Assembly (NCBI RefSeq): GCF_006345805.1
Contig: NC_043004.1
Span: forward strand, 88,474,001-88,538,000
Reading direction: 5' to 3'
Source of the DNA: Octopus sinensis
Lineage: Eukaryota
Length of the DNA stretch: 64,000 nt
The position numbers and the translations under genes are program-made. Below the pieces are notes generated by a model. It worked only from the letters and a program-made list of their open reading frames with translations, ran no database searches and had not been told where the DNA came from. This document shows positions 39,502 through 53,280 of this stretch, piece by piece (position 1 is the first letter of the stretch; the number at the start of each line of letters is the position of its first letter).

Positions 39502-39828
39502 TATAGATTACGCAATAAAGCAGAGTTATTAGCGCCTCAAAAAGACGGCTTTATGATATTTGTTTCGGCTCTGTACTGAGATCAAATACCGCCAAGTGTC
39601 CGTCCTTGGATTAATGTATTGCTGAATCTGGTAGAACGGTGGGTAGCATGTCATGTTTCTGTACCAGCTCATCACGCTCTGCAAGCAACGTCAATCTGTA
39701 TCAACCTTACCCTTGTTCTAAGCAACATCGATAGCATGCAAAGAGGAAGACTTAAATGAACGTTGTATCAAACCTTGCCATTGTGGGATCAAGTTTTCAA
39801 GCGTTGATATTCAAATAGTCAATATATA

Positions 39829-40180
39829 GGCGTAGGAGTGGCTGTGTGGTAAGTAGCTTGCTTACCAGCCACATGGTTCTGGGTTCAGTCCCACTGCATG
39901 GTATCTTGGGTAAGTGTCTTCTACTATAGCCTCGGGCCAACCAAAGCCTTGTGAGTGGATTTGGTATACGGAAACTGAAAGAAGCCCGTCGTATATATGT
40001 ATATGTATGTATGTGTGTGTGTGTGTCTGTGTTTGTCCCCACAACATCGCTTGGCAAAAGAGACCGATAGAATAAGTACTAGGCTTACAAAGAATAAGTT
40101 CTGGGGTCGATTTGCTCGACTAAAGGCGGTGCTGCAGCATGGCCACAGTCAAATGACTGAAACAAATAAAAGAGTAAAAG
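39829..40180 (+). mobile_element. SINE type C, well conserved
   Basis: Full head to gtaaaagag-type tail. Confidence 0.9.
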
Positions 40181-40321
40181 TGTAATATATATATATATAT
40201 ATAGATACATATATACATAAATATATATGTATATATATATATATGTACATATATGATATATATGTGTGTATATATATATGTAGTTGGTAAGCAAGCTACT
40301 TGACACACAGCCGCTCCTGCG

Positions 40322-40365
<44 letters not shown>

Positions 40366-41424
40366 ATATGATGCATACTTGCATATATACATATAAATAG
40401 TAACAAACACACGCACACACACTCTCGTGCACACAGACACGCACACATATGTACATATACATCCATATATAGGTGTACGTACCTATATATATAGGTGTGT
40501 GTGTGTGTTTTTGTCTGTCTGTCTGCATGTATGTATGTATGTATGTATGTATGTATGTATGTATGTATGTATGTTTGTGTATGTATGATTTGCAGATTTA
40601 TCAAATCTGCGTTTCAGTAGCAAATAGAAGATTCTGGAAGCTTATGATATCACTTGAGATGTCAAAAAGTTAAAACGTGCTGTAATTATTGAAGACTGCT
40701 GTTTAGATCTCATGGTCCATCGAAGCGCCAGAAAGAAAAAAAAAGCAAATTTTAAATGCTAGCTCTAAAAAATGCTTTAGTCAGATGTATAACATTGATG
40801 TGTAGCGGTCTATGCATTCTAAAGCTGGTTAAGATATTTCTATTGTAGTTTTATCAGCAACAAATTTCACTTCGTGCCACGCCTTGTATTCCCCTCATCT
40901 TTTCAAGATAAACTTGCTCGATTCCAGCGCGGAGATTGCTGGCAATTCTAACTGGAACATGTACCTGTAGTTATTAAGCATGCTGATAAAGAATGTTTAG
41001 TGTATCTTGCAATACTAACCCAGAATCATGTAGGTAGTGACTGAAGGTCCTTCCGTAATGATGTTGTTGCTGTTACTAGGTAATATTTTGGAAGACAAGT
41101 TGTTAATGTAGCCAGTTGTAGATAACTATGTATATTACATAAATATGATTGATGCAAGCCAAATATATTTCGTTTGCATCAAAAACAAGGGTTAATTTAT
41201 GTATTCCATCTGAAGTAGAAATAGTTCCGCGTAGTGTTCTACTCATCTGGTTTATGTATTTGGCACTATTTGTTCTCATATTCATATCATCAAATTAGAA
41301 TGAAGTCATATGTTGAATAACAGCACAGGCTTTTTTCATAGTTTCCTACGACTTTCTGATACGCCATGTTACTATTGAACTGTGTGTCGTCATCGAATTT
41401 TTGTCAATACTTATTGCTTCGTCT

Positions 41425-41607
41425 AAGGCGGCGAGCTGGCAGAAGCGTTAGCAAGCCGGGTGAAATGCTTAGCGGTATATCGTCTCTCTTTGCCTTTCAT
41501 CCTTTAGGGGATCGATAAATTAAGTACCAGTTGCGTACTGGGGTCAATCTAATCGACTGGCCCCCTCGCCCATAATTTCGGGCCTTGTGCTTAGAGTAGA
41601 AAGCAAT
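41425..41607 (+). mobile_element. SINE type A with ~14-bp TSD
   Basis: cttattgcttcgtc before and cttattgcctcgtc after. Confidence 0.88.
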
Positions 41608-42851
41608 TCTTATTGCCTCGTCTTCTGCAGAATTTTACTCCAGATATCTGTGTGTCTGAAGAGCCGTCTTACTCGGTGAAAGTTATTTATCACTCAGAAC
41701 TATCTGCACGTATGTTTATTTAATGTCTTGAATCTCTTCATTGAACTTTGGCTCCAAAAGTTCACTTCTTTATAGAATCGCCATCGCAAATATGACAAAG
41801 GTGTTCTATTCTTGTGAATGCACAAATACTGCACAAAATTTTCTTATTTATCAGCGACATAAATTCTTGCTAAAGGAGCAAACACAGCTAAATATTTGAC
41901 AATCCGCTTAATTTCTATTTTGACAGTGGATCTTAGCACCATAAATACATCGCATTCTTTTCCGTTTGGAGTGATGGAATTAATTTGGTTGTAACCTTGA
42001 CAGCTGTTAAAAAGGAGTTCCTTGGGATTCGGAAAGCAATCAGTCCAAGCTAGGAAGAGAAGAAACGTCTTAAGGCCTTAATTAAATGATATTTTAGTAT
42101 GAAAACTGATTAACAACCACAGTTGGAAACGAGAATAAATTACCTCTAAATGGTCCAACTTTTTCAAAGAGGATCCATTGAAAGAAGCTGTATTTAAATT
42201 TCTTCCTTGGAAGGCCGAAGAAAATTTATAGTTTTTCAAAGACTCTTGTTGCTTCTATCCAATCAGGTGGTGTTCTGCACACCAGCAGCAACTGAGATAA
42301 GGAATAAAGGATTAACAACAAGCTGGCATCAACGATAAGAAGTGCTAATAAACATTATATCTTACACTTCTTCAAGTGTTTTTTTTTCTTCTAACCGCGT
42401 GTCTCTCTCTTAGGAAAGTTGTTTATCATTTCCCCTTCATCTCCCATTCATTCCTCTTTCAGTTTATCTCACCTTATGTATCACTCATTAATTCTGCTGC
42501 CCGCCAACTCTTTATTCTCCCTCATTTTCTCTCGTTTTATCATCTCTTCAATTCTTCCACTGTCTTTCTCATTACACCGCTTCCTTCTCTCTTAAAATTC
42601 CTTCGTTTGTTTTTTTTTTCCTTTACTCCATCTCATCCCTCCTATTCTGTTTCTTTTTTTATCAATTTATCAGCTTTCTTCTCCTCTGTTCACTCATGTA
42701 GCGTCTTTCACCCATTCTATTCCGCATTTGTGTTATTACCCCGGTTCTTCCAATGTTGCGCCAATTTCTTTCTCTCCTTCAAGTACCCATGTATGCAATT
42801 AACGAAACTATTATCCCTAGGGAATGACTATGCTCAAATTACTATCTGTTT

Positions 42852-42884
<33 letters not shown>

Positions 42885-42966
42885 TATTATTATTATTATT
42901 GTTGTTGTTGTTGTTGTTTTTGTTGCTGTTATTGTTGTTATTTTTATTGTTGTTGTTGTTATTATT

Positions 42967-43146
42967 GAGTGAGAGAGCAGCGCATGGCATCAAAGTGACA
43001 CTGGATTAAAATATTCAAAGCCCATTATACCCATTATTACAACCCGTCTGATAAGGGTACACCAGGCACATGCATCACAGCCATAAGTGCGCGACAAGGT
43101 GATATTATTTCAAAATAAACAGCGCATGACCTTGCAGGTAGGGCCC
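42967..43146 (-). mobile_element. Partial copy of the (TTA)n-flanked 556-bp unit
   Basis: gagtgagagagcagcgcatggcatcaaagtgacactgg...gaccttgcaggtagggccc directly after a TTA/TTG tract. Confidence 0.8.
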
Positions 43147-43213
43147 GAGGGAATATATTCAGTCTACTACAATGAATCAATAAAGACATAAAACATCCAA
43201 GAGTGTATTTTTT

Positions 43214-43305
43214 TCCTTCTGAAGATATTATGCTCAGGCCAAATAGATATAAATTTAATATTTACTTAATATTTACTGAGTATTACTTGAAACAGCTGTA
43301 AGGGA
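43214..43305 (+). ncRNA. Type-I hammerhead-like motif with canonical core and long stem II
   Basis: tcctt-CTGAAGA-...atgctcag/ctgagtat...-GAAAC-AGCT-GT-A-aggga; palindromic ACAGCUGU; base of stem II imperfect. Confidence 0.55.
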
Positions 43306-43536
43306 TGATGCTTAATTTACTGTTAATAATAAACAATTATTAACTTCCCAATCTCCATTTTCTTTTTCTTCTTTTATATGAATATAAACTATATGTTTTT
43401 ATATATACACCTATTACTTTAAGGTAATTAATTCCCCCAAAATACAAGGTATTGAACTAGTATTTCCTTGGATGACACTATTCATTCATGAGGTTAACAC
43501 AACCTCTAATCGAATTATATATATATATGTATATGG

Positions 43537-43780
43537 GGAGAATTCACAAAAAAAAGACGAAGACAGGTGGTGTAGACAACAAACAGATGTATTAGTATAA
43601 CGCTCGGGAAGTGAAAAAGTCTTTAACGTTTCGAGCCTACGTTCTTCCACAGAAACGAACACAGAAAGAAACAAGGAGAGAAAATAAAGAATGTGTAGTG
43701 GCTAGCGATCTATCATGGCGAATGCCGGACGGAAAGGGTCACCCAGGAGGGCTAGGGAGAAGGGGAGATAACTATTTATG
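43537..43780 (-). mobile_element. Penelope-like family P1 remnant
   Basis: Matches 418-620; HHR-like motif 43621-43656 with a stem II mismatch. Confidence 0.6.
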
Positions 43781-44513
43781 TCTCTGTTTTATCAATCTAT
43801 CTATGATTAATCTATTTATTATCTATCTAGCTATACTCTCTCACACGCAGACGTATTTCCCCTCATAGATACCCACATACAGGCATACATATAATGCATA
43901 TGAGTGTACTTGGAATTATATACATTTGTGTACACACACACACATGCACGCGCGTGCGCACGCCATACACACATACACACGCACACACTTAAATCTGTTT
44001 GTTCATTTATACACCTATTTACCTACGTCCGTGTCTATCTTCATTTACCTCTATGTCCTGTCTCTTTCTCCGACTGTCTTATCGATATATATATGGTTGT
44101 CGAGCTGAGTGCCAATCTCTGCTTTATCCTGCTACCCACCTTTCTTTCCGTCCATATAAATATCTCTTTGTGTTTCTACGTCTACTACTATTGTCCGATT
44201 TTAAATTGAACTTCGACGTTATTTGATGTTATTACTGTATATAAAGAATGAAATGTCAGATTGTCTCTATTTGAATATAATTTGAAAATCACACTAACAG
44301 GCCATTGAACGTATATCCGAGTTCTCTCTCTTTCTCTGTGTTACTTTCTTACTTGTTAGTTCTCTCTCTCTCTCTATCTATCTTCTTTTCTTTCTTTCTT
44401 TTTCTTTATTCTTTCTTCCGTTCTTTCTTTCTTTCTGTCTTTTTCACACAAACATACCTAACTATCACGCATTACCGAAATGGAGTTTATTCATATATTC
44501 ATGTGCTCAAAAG

Positions 44514-44589
<76 letters not shown>

Positions 44590-44856
44590 CCTGTCTGTCT
44601 GTCTGTCTGTCTGTCTGTCTGACTGTTTGTTTGTATGTCTGTCTGTCTGTCTATCTAGCTAGCTGTCTATCTATTTATCTAACTAGTTATCTATCTGTCT
44701 ATCGATCTATCTATCTATTTATCAACCTATCTATATGCGTGTGAAGGTGTGTGGTGGGGTCGTGGGTGCGTTTTGTTTATATATATATATATATATATAT
44801 GCATACATGCATACAACATACATATACACATATATGCATATACATACATATATACA

Positions 44857-44902
<46 letters not shown>

Positions 44903-45617
44903 CAAGTATATATATATATATGCATATACATACATACATACATACACACATACATAAATGCTGCTCGCCTACTGACACCTGACACTTGCAATGCTGCACA
45001 ATATTGCAATATAGGAGCACTCAAATAATGCCTCGTCTCTCTTAAATACATAAAACATATAACTACATATTCATAGGTATGCACACAACCTTGTGCAATT
45101 ATGCATGAGCGTACGGCACTCACGTTCACATGCACCACATTGAATCACTAAAATCTTTTACTTACTCCTATAGGCCAACACATAGTTACTCGGTCATTCA
45201 TACATACATCAATAAAGCGAGTATTCCCACGTTCGCACGTACAACTACACACAATCCCACTTATACACATACACACACACTCATACTTACACACATATAA
45301 TCGCATACCACTGTATTTATACTCACGCGTACAAGCACACACATTCATATTTACACACACACGTACTTATATGCGACCGCACATACATACTTACACACAT
45401 GCAACCACACATTCTTACTTACACGAAAGCAATCATACCCACACGCATACACTCACACAACTCCACGCTCATATTTACACACATACAATCACACACAACC
45501 ATATTCACATACACCCGATATTACTTACACACATACAACCGCACACAGTCGTACTTACGCACATACACACATATTCCATTTTTTCCGGTTCATTTTATCA
45601 TGACTTATGCTTTCGAA

Positions 45618-45933
45618 GACGCGTGGCTTAGTGGTTAGGGAAATCGGTTCCCGATCACAAGGACATTAGTTCAATTCCCGGTGACTCGTTGTGTCCTTGA
45701 GCAAGACACTTTATTTCACGTTGCTCCAGTCCACTCAGCTCGCAAATATGAGTAGTATCTATATTTCAAAGGACCAGCTGTGTCACTCTCTGTGTCACTC
45801 TGAATCTCCCTGGGAACTACGTTAAGGGGTGCATATGTCTGTGGTCTACTCAGCCACATGAACGTTAATTTCATGAGCTGGCTGTTCCGTTGATCAGTTC
45901 AACTGGAATCTTTGTTGTAACCGACGAAGTGCC
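45618..45933 (+). mobile_element. SINE type E
   Basis: gcgtggcttagtggttagg...ttcaattccc...tgtccttgagcaagacact...ccgacgaagtgcc. Confidence 0.85.
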
Positions 45934-46213
45934 AGGTTTGTTTTTGTTAGTGTTTCACTGTGTTTCTGTCTGTTTGCATTTCTTTCGGTTTGTCTGTCAC
46001 TTGGTCTTACTGCTTTTGATTCAGTTGCTTTTGTGGCTTCAAACATGCAGAGACGTCCTCTCGGCTTGAAACGAGACGTCTCCATGCAGTCGTTTGGCGG
46101 GTACCGAATTGGCACGACCGACTGGATATTAAATTTCTTCTAGTGACAGTACTTTTTGGCACTTGAGGAAATTACATACACGCACTCCCACGCGATTATA
46201 GAAATATAAACAT

Positions 46214-46272
<59 letters not shown>

Positions 46273-46357
46273 GACACAACACCTATATACAAACATAACT
46301 AGATGCTCACACACATAATAAGGTGAAAGAGAGATAGGAAGAGAATGTGAATGAAGG

Positions 46358-46575
46358 CAGTGAAATGGCAGAATCGTTAGTGCGCTGGACGAAATGCTTA
46401 GCCGTATTTCGTCTTCCGTTACATTCTGAGTTCAAATTCCTCCGAGGTCGACTTTACCTTTCATCAATAAATTAAGTGACAGTTACGCACTGGGTTCGAT
46501 GTAATCGACTTAATCTGTTTGTCTGTCCTAGTTTGTTCCCTCTATGTTTAGCCCCTTGTGGGCAATAATGAAATA
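46358..46575 (+). mobile_element. SINE type A (long tail) with 16-bp TSD
   Basis: agaatgtgaatgaagg at 46342-46357 and 46576-46591. Confidence 0.88.
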
Positions 46576-46752
46576 AGAATGTGAATGAAGGGCGAGAACG
46601 TGAGAAACATTATAATGACCGATGTCAACTAAGTCAGTATCAAATCAGAAACACCAAATAGGCGGCACCATAACAGCGCTGCCGAAATGTCTCATACTCG
46701 ACTCTGCCTTATTTCATTTGATCCAGCAGAAGATAGAGGCCCTAACAGCTGA

Positions 46753-46814
<62 letters not shown>

Positions 46815-47949
46815 GCACCAGCACTAGTAGACCAATACTCGTTATCTGTCGGATACACTGAAACAACACACAACTAGTCACCCTGTACAGAAATCGAACC
46901 AAGAAGCTATTGATTGTGAGCTCTACACCTTAACCGTAAAGGAACAGAAGGAATGCTGCAAAACTTCATTTTTTTCCTTTATTGATGCTCTAATGATTCT
47001 GTCAAGCTACATCCTTTGATTTGCTAAGCAATAAAAAGTTTTGACGTACACACAAAATAATAAAATTGTATCCGTCGTAGTATGTTTATTCTTTTACTTG
47101 GTATTGTTTTCTGAGTTCCTGGTCGGCAATCCGTGTAATTTTTAGTGATATTGATGCCATGTAGCATTATGTATGTATCTTTGTTGGTGATGTTGGGATA
47201 ATTTGTATATTTACCAGACAACCACATCACTAGACATTATCACTTGTTAACTACTTATGTCATCATAGACGTATTAGACAAATTTACTAAGAAGTATCAA
47301 TATGGTAGCTCAAAATGAAAGAACTAACAGGCGAATTCTAACTCAGATCATACCCTACTGTCTGAAACAACGAAGAACACATTAAACAGTGTAGCTCCCG
47401 ATAAACAAAAGGCCGCTATGGCCATGGATGGAACCCATTTAAGCGCAAGTCTGCTAGGTGAGAGATACCCTGGGGTAAATCAACAACAATGGCATAACAG
47501 GTGAGCCATTACTGTCCAAGATACTCCTTTTAAGATCAGAAGAATAATCATAGAATTTTCACCAATAATTTGACAGAGATGTATTTACTTAGTTATAAAG
47601 ATTGAAAAGTCTTTCAAATTACAATCTACATTTTGTTGAATATTGGCAACATTGTTGTATAAATATTCAGTACAGTTTTTTCACAATAAATTTAAGAAAA
47701 ACAAATTAAACATTGATGGATTTATACATTCACTTAAACCCCTCTCCCCCTATGGAGTATACGCTATCGGCATTTTTCTCCATTCTTCTCGAATCTAGAC
47801 AGCCTTTGAGCGAAGGACGTCTTCTCCCAGGTTTTGTAGGTTTGTAGATATTGAATTGTCATCGATGCTTCCGAAACTTTTCTTTTATAGGTAGGAACGT
47901 TGGCACTAGGAAAAGTTATTTTAACTTCTGGGAAGATGTTGTACATATT

Positions 47950-48100
47950 ACTCTGACCTCCATCCTATGACCTGTCCCGCATTACAGACCCTACCAGAAG
48001 CTTGGCTTCCGCTAGTATAGTTCTCATGGTCATTGAGGTGCACAAGCCTCCACACCTCGACCAGAACTGCTCCTTGTAGTGGTATTATACATTCTGTGCT
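47950..48100 (-). mobile_element. Possible RTE-clade LINE 5' fragment
   Basis: Minus strand ggaggcttgtgcacctcaatgacc...ctggtagggtctgtaatgcgggacaggtc resembles RTE 5' regions as I recall them; not confirmed by a search. Confidence 0.35.
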
Positions 48101-48173
48101 TGCCACGTCAGTTACCAATACCGCCATGTCAGTAAGCAATACTGGGTTCTCTACGCGTCACTTTTTGCTATCA

Positions 48174-48545
48174 TCTATTATATAAAATCCGTTCCGTCTG
48201 TGTGTGTGTCTTCTAGTATCTCGGGCATCCTCCATTCGATTGCGCTCAAATTTGATATGTAGGTACCGACAGTATCAGGGCGTGTATAAGTCTTGAAAAA
48301 TATACAAAAATCGATTCCAGGTGAGAATGCGATCGATAAAGCTGTAGGAACGTGCATTTGTACGCGCAAGTACATCACCTTTTGCGATCGATACTACGCG
48401 TACACGAGAAAAATGCACATCGAGTGTGCGTAAAAAAAAAGCCGGCTTGCTTGAAATAAAGCCACAAAATGGGACGGTCGGACAAGTTGTTTTGAGAAAA
48501 TTTGGTTTAAATGTTTGACAACTTAGCACCGTTCATTGGACGTGG
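48174..48545 (+). mobile_element. Helitron-like non-autonomous 5' fragment
   Basis: Starts a|TCTATTATATAAAATCC followed by a gtctgtgtgt microsatellite; no 3' hairpin-CTAG end found. Confidence 0.5.
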
Positions 48546-49639
48546 GGGGCGTTTTGTTACTTATAAAATTCATTGACCGACCATGTTATGCACTAAATAT
48601 TTTTGAATACTCTTATTATGACCTTCCTTTCTTTCTTGGGTCCTAATCTTATGATAGTCTTAATGAGGACGGTATCGTTACATACGATTTCCGCATTTTA
48701 AATCAAGGGAGACCGTCGTGGTGTAGACCTTAACTCAGTCGATTTTTTTAGAAAAGAAGAAGAAGGAGGAGGAGGAGGAGGACTGGCATTTATTTAACGA
48801 TCCTGAAAAAACTGATGTCACCGGCGATTCGAACTCAGAACGCCGAAACAAACGCTGCACAACATTCAAGCCGACGTTCTAATAACTCTACCAAATCGCA
48901 GCCTGTCTTATTTGGCAGGTTTCGAATCCAGAACCGTAAAGTGTTCGCTATTTTGCAAAATATATTTGGAAGTGAGGAAGTAGATATTTCATTCTTACTA
49001 GAAGGATGAAACCAAGCAAACAACACTAATATGTGTCAGCTGTTCAAATCTATGTAATGCAACTCGTAAAATTTTATGATCCTCAGGGGATTGCCGATTG
49101 ACATAGGCTAATAGCTATATGTTCTCTCGTGGTCCATTTCAAAGTTTATTACATATTTTAAAATCGCATTAACTAAGAATTTTGAACGTGGTTCTCTGGA
49201 GGGAGTATATATTAAGAATTACTTCTTAACAATCCCAATATAACTTAATCTCAGAACAAAGACCTGAAATTATTAGCCTAAGTTATTTAGTTGGCCAATT
49301 TGTAGCTTCTTCCACTCAAATAGATAGAATTATTTCAGTTAACGAAAGTGAAAACTTCTCCAAAAGCAATTATCTGAAGATAAAAATTGTGGAACTGTGA
49401 TGTATATAACTAGACGCCAGTATCTATAACAATGAGACAATTTTTATTTATTTATTTATTTTGTGTTTGAGCAGTAAGTGTTATTTTCTATTTGCTTCTA
49501 TCCAGAAATCAAAGGAAATGACTTCTGTTCCCTTCAAACATTGCTTTTGTGACCTGGACATCAATGTTTTGAAACTGACCCATTTTCCATTACATTTCAG
49601 ACAGATTCAGTGCTGAGTTTCTGAAGCAGAAATATTTTT

Positions 49640-49810
49640 ATAGCAAATATTCTGCTCAAAACCACAGATTTGCTTGTCAGTTGTTTCATCTTAACCACTT
49701 AACCACTTGAGCATGTCCTTTAGTAGCTGACAATATGTGCATCTCTGATCATGAGCAGGAATAGTGGGTATCGTCGTCAGGTGTCGAGAGGAATTCTTTG
49801 GAGTTTGAGT
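49640..49810 (+). mobile_element. Diverged reverse-orientation fragment of the 556-bp unit
   Basis: agcaaatattctgctcaaaaccacagatttgcttgtcagttg...gtgcatctctgatcatgagcag is the reverse complement of the unit interior. Confidence 0.75.
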
Positions 49811-51330
49811 AAATATAACAAAAAGAAAATTTGAAGAAAATATTAACCATTTTTTCATACTTTCAAAGGGTAAGCAACTAGGAAATAATAGTTACTACAA
49901 AAATAATATTACACAGAGTAAGAATTTAAGCCCTGCAAAACTCATAAGCGGGTATTAGTAGACAAGCATTTTGAACAAGCAAAGGACAGAAAACAACATG
50001 ATATCTATAGCTACTCAAATTTTCCTTGTGCTAAGGAGCGACGTTGAGGTGGCTGTATTATTACAGTGCCGTCGACATTTGTCACCTCTCTATTTAATTA
50101 TATTGGCCATAAAGGCCTTACATCGAGAAAGAAAACTGGTCACAGACATAATGTTGCATCAAATGAAAAATAAAATGATGACTAATGGGGGAAAAAGTGA
50201 CGCCCGCCGATCGTGCTTTCTCGAGAACATCGATCTCATATTATTCAGTGTCAGGTCAGGTTCGATGTATGCAGCATCGGATCCTGCAACTGGTAAACTG
50301 TAAACCAGTACAACCTGTGTCAGTGGGGTAGAAAGGGCTCCTTAGCCGTAGTGAAGGCAATCTGTCTAGGGAGATAACCTTACAATAAATCACTCGGTCC
50401 GTAGCTTAGAAATATTGGGTTGACGTCCAGCGGGAACAGCTTTGTTTCATGGAGGAGGAAAGATCTTCTTTAGTGATTGGTTGTACAATATTTTCCAATG
50501 TGTGTAGTAGCGGCCCGCGCACACATTATTAGTCATTTGAAAAGACTATGGAATTTGCAATTAACATAGTAAATTCCATTGTCTCGAAAACGGTCGAACA
50601 ATGATGATGATTATTATTCATGAGGCAATAAATCTCTTACATTGTTCACAATTCTATAACAAAATGAGGCGCTGAGCATCTTACCTTTTTTTCTAAACTA
50701 GGAACTTTCAATAACACTGATGCTTTTCAACCTCTTATCCATTTTCCTCCCCAACATCACTCGTGACCCCATCCTCCGCCATCACCCACGCTTCATTCAA
50801 GCACAAAGCGGGTGCCGTGTCGACGTCACCCGGCCACAAGCGGTATTCCTCATTCCTCACAAGCGGTATTCCTCAAGCGGTATTCCTCCAGCCTACGCAA
50901 CACGGGCAACGTTATGACCTCCACAGCTATCTGCGGAAGCCTTTCGCGATCCAGTGTGCAGGCTAAAGGTACTTCCTTATGGTGCTTTTCCAACACCTTC
51001 TTCACTTCTCCGCCTCTGTAGAAGAAGACCAATAATTCGTCTTCCTCCGGGGATGAGGTAGTCATTTCTACCGTCAGCAGCTCAATTCCCACCGACGGTG
51101 TCTCTTCCCCTGCCGGTGGCACAACCCCCACCGACGAGGCTCATTTGTCACTGCTCGACCCTTCAGGGGTAGCTCCCCCTTCAACTGATTTCTAGGCCAG
51201 AGTTGTCAACTGGTCATTACTCCTTGGATGTTATGACTCTTAACCCAAGGATTCACGAAGACCTATAGTCTCATGTAAAAAAAGCTCACGTCATAGGAAT
51301 TTAGAAATTTCCAGGAAAGTGAAATAATTC

Positions 51331-51474
51331 GTTTCTAACGGTAGAACTCGAAGTACAGATAATAACACGTAAATAATAACACGTAGATAATAACACGTAA
51401 AAAAAAGGTTCTTAACCCAGTATTTATACGTCATTACTTACAGCTTTACTACTTCGAGTTCAGCCGTTAAAAAC
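51331..51474. mobile_element. Small MITE-like element
   Basis: 25-bp imperfect TIRs gtttctaacggtagaactcgaagta / tacttcgagttcagccgttaaaaac; internal ataataacacgta x3. Confidence 0.6.
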
Positions 51475-51674
51475 CAATTATTTCACCAAAAAGCTTGTTG
51501 TGTTACACCAGTACAGGGCGAACTTCATAAATAGTCTATCGAAACTCCGTGTGTGTTATAAAACATAAAACGAAAATTGATTTCTTCAGTTACATTTGCA
51601 AATCATTGAGAAAGCTAGGAGCAAAATTAGGTACGTCAGAAGAAGAGGCCAATCGAATGACAACAATAACGAGA

Positions 51675-51716
51675 AGAAGAAAAAGAAGAAGAAGAAGAGA
51701 AGAAGAAGAAGAAGAA

Positions 51717-51762
<46 letters not shown>

Positions 51763-51875
51763 ATGAAGATGATGATGATGATGACGACGACGATGGGGAG
51801 GAGAAGGAAGAGCAGGAGAAGGATGGAAAACAACACCTACAAGAGAAAAAAGTAGTAGTAGTAGTAGTAGTAGTT

Positions 51876-51907
<32 letters not shown>

Positions 51908-51925
51908 GGTAGTGGTAGTAGTAGT
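51675..51925. repeat. Compound (GAA)n(GAT)n(GTA)n tract
   Basis: Directly visible; explains the poly-E/D/V ORF 51549..51965. Confidence 0.95.
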
Positions 51926-52814
51926 AACGCTAACGGATGCATTGAAATATCAATCAGACTGGTAAATATATATAACACGAAACGCAAAAAGGACGGATCG
52001 CCGTAAACAGTTTTAGAGATGGAGAGGAGTGAAAAGAGAAATAAGGGAAGAAAGAGAGAGTAGGGAATGAAAGTGAGAGGGGAGAAAGAGGGAGGGAGAG
52101 AGAGAAAGAAATAGACTGAGAAATAAATTTATGAAAACGAAAAGAAGCAATAAGTGGAGAAAGATGATGAGAAGTTTTCGATATGATACAGTAAAGCAAT
52201 ATGATTTTGTTGCGATGGAAAAGTTAAGAACAAACAAGGCATCGACATAGATATAAATTCTGATATAGCTACAGAAGAACAGACATTTTTATGACGTATA
52301 GTAACAATTGATAGGTACTTAGAATATAACGGTCTGTGTAAGAATGTGACAAGAGGTCGTCGAATGGGTTCTCAAGCTACTGTTAAAGACGTCTATATCA
52401 ATTCGAAAATTCGAAATCCTATGGCTTTAAGCCTGACAGGAAAAATGCTGAGGTTAATTGCATAAAAGCAATCATCGAATTAAACGTCTGGGTTATAAAT
52501 GTACGTTGGTGCTGTAGTTGTTGTTGTAGTTGTTGTTGCCGTTTTTGTCGTTGTTGTTACTGTTTAAAAGGATTGTTTCTACTTCTGCTTTTTCTCCGTC
52601 GGCGTAATCATTATCATTATCATCATCATGAACATCATCATCATCCTTATTACTTTGGCATTTCTTCCTTCTTGACGTTCTGAGTTCAAATTCCGCCAAC
52701 GTTGATTTTGCCGTTGATGCCTTCAGGAATGATAAACCAAGTACCAGCAGAGCACTGGGGTCGATGTAATCGACTTAGTCCTCCCCCAAAATTGCTGTCC
52801 TTGTGCCAAAATTA

Positions 52815-53202
52815 TTATAATTATTTCCTTCTTTCTTCAAATTTTCTTCCGTTTCTCGCCAAGTGTTTTCCGTACACCTAGGGCAGAGAAGCTCATTGTA
52901 TGCATTCCCAGATTACACACGCAAATTCACAGGTAAAATATGTATTTAAAAAATTAATAAATAAATAAATTCAGGAATGGATGTTTTCACAGCGATAATG
53001 CTCTTCTCAGTACATGAGCCATTCCAGTTAACACGATTTTTCGCACTTGCTGTAGGGATGGTAAGCCTGATATCATTTTCAAATAGGTTTCAGTACCTTT
53101 TTTTTATCATTCCTAGAGATCCTACAATCACTGTTATTGTAGTCGCCTTGACATGCCACATTTTTTCAATTTCTATTAACAAGTCTTTATATTTACTGAT
53201 CT
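52815..53202 (-). mobile_element. 5'-truncated R4/Dong-like LINE 3' end between TAA tracts
   Basis: KISKYKDLLIEIEKMWHVKATTITVIVGSLGMIKK, then GTETYLKMISGLPSLQQVRKIVLTGMAHVLRRALSL*; 3' UTR ends at taattataataa. Confidence 0.8.
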
Positions 53203-53217
53203 TTATTATTATTATTA

Positions 53218-53279
<62 letters not shown>

Positions 53280-53280
<1 letters not shown>

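Noticed and set aside
41750-42010. TIR-domain resemblance of KECDVFMVL...
   Set aside because: It rests on a single short box-1-like word in a stop-interrupted frame, which is not enough to name a domain.
42376-42972. 198-aa hydrophobic ORF as a membrane protein
   Set aside because: It is a pyrimidine-rich low-complexity strand plus TTA/TTG repeats, giving F/S/L bias without helix organisation.
49971-50303. 110-aa ORF as a gene
   Set aside because: No motif was recognised; the 3' part looks more like a retroelement UTR relic, which I could not confirm.
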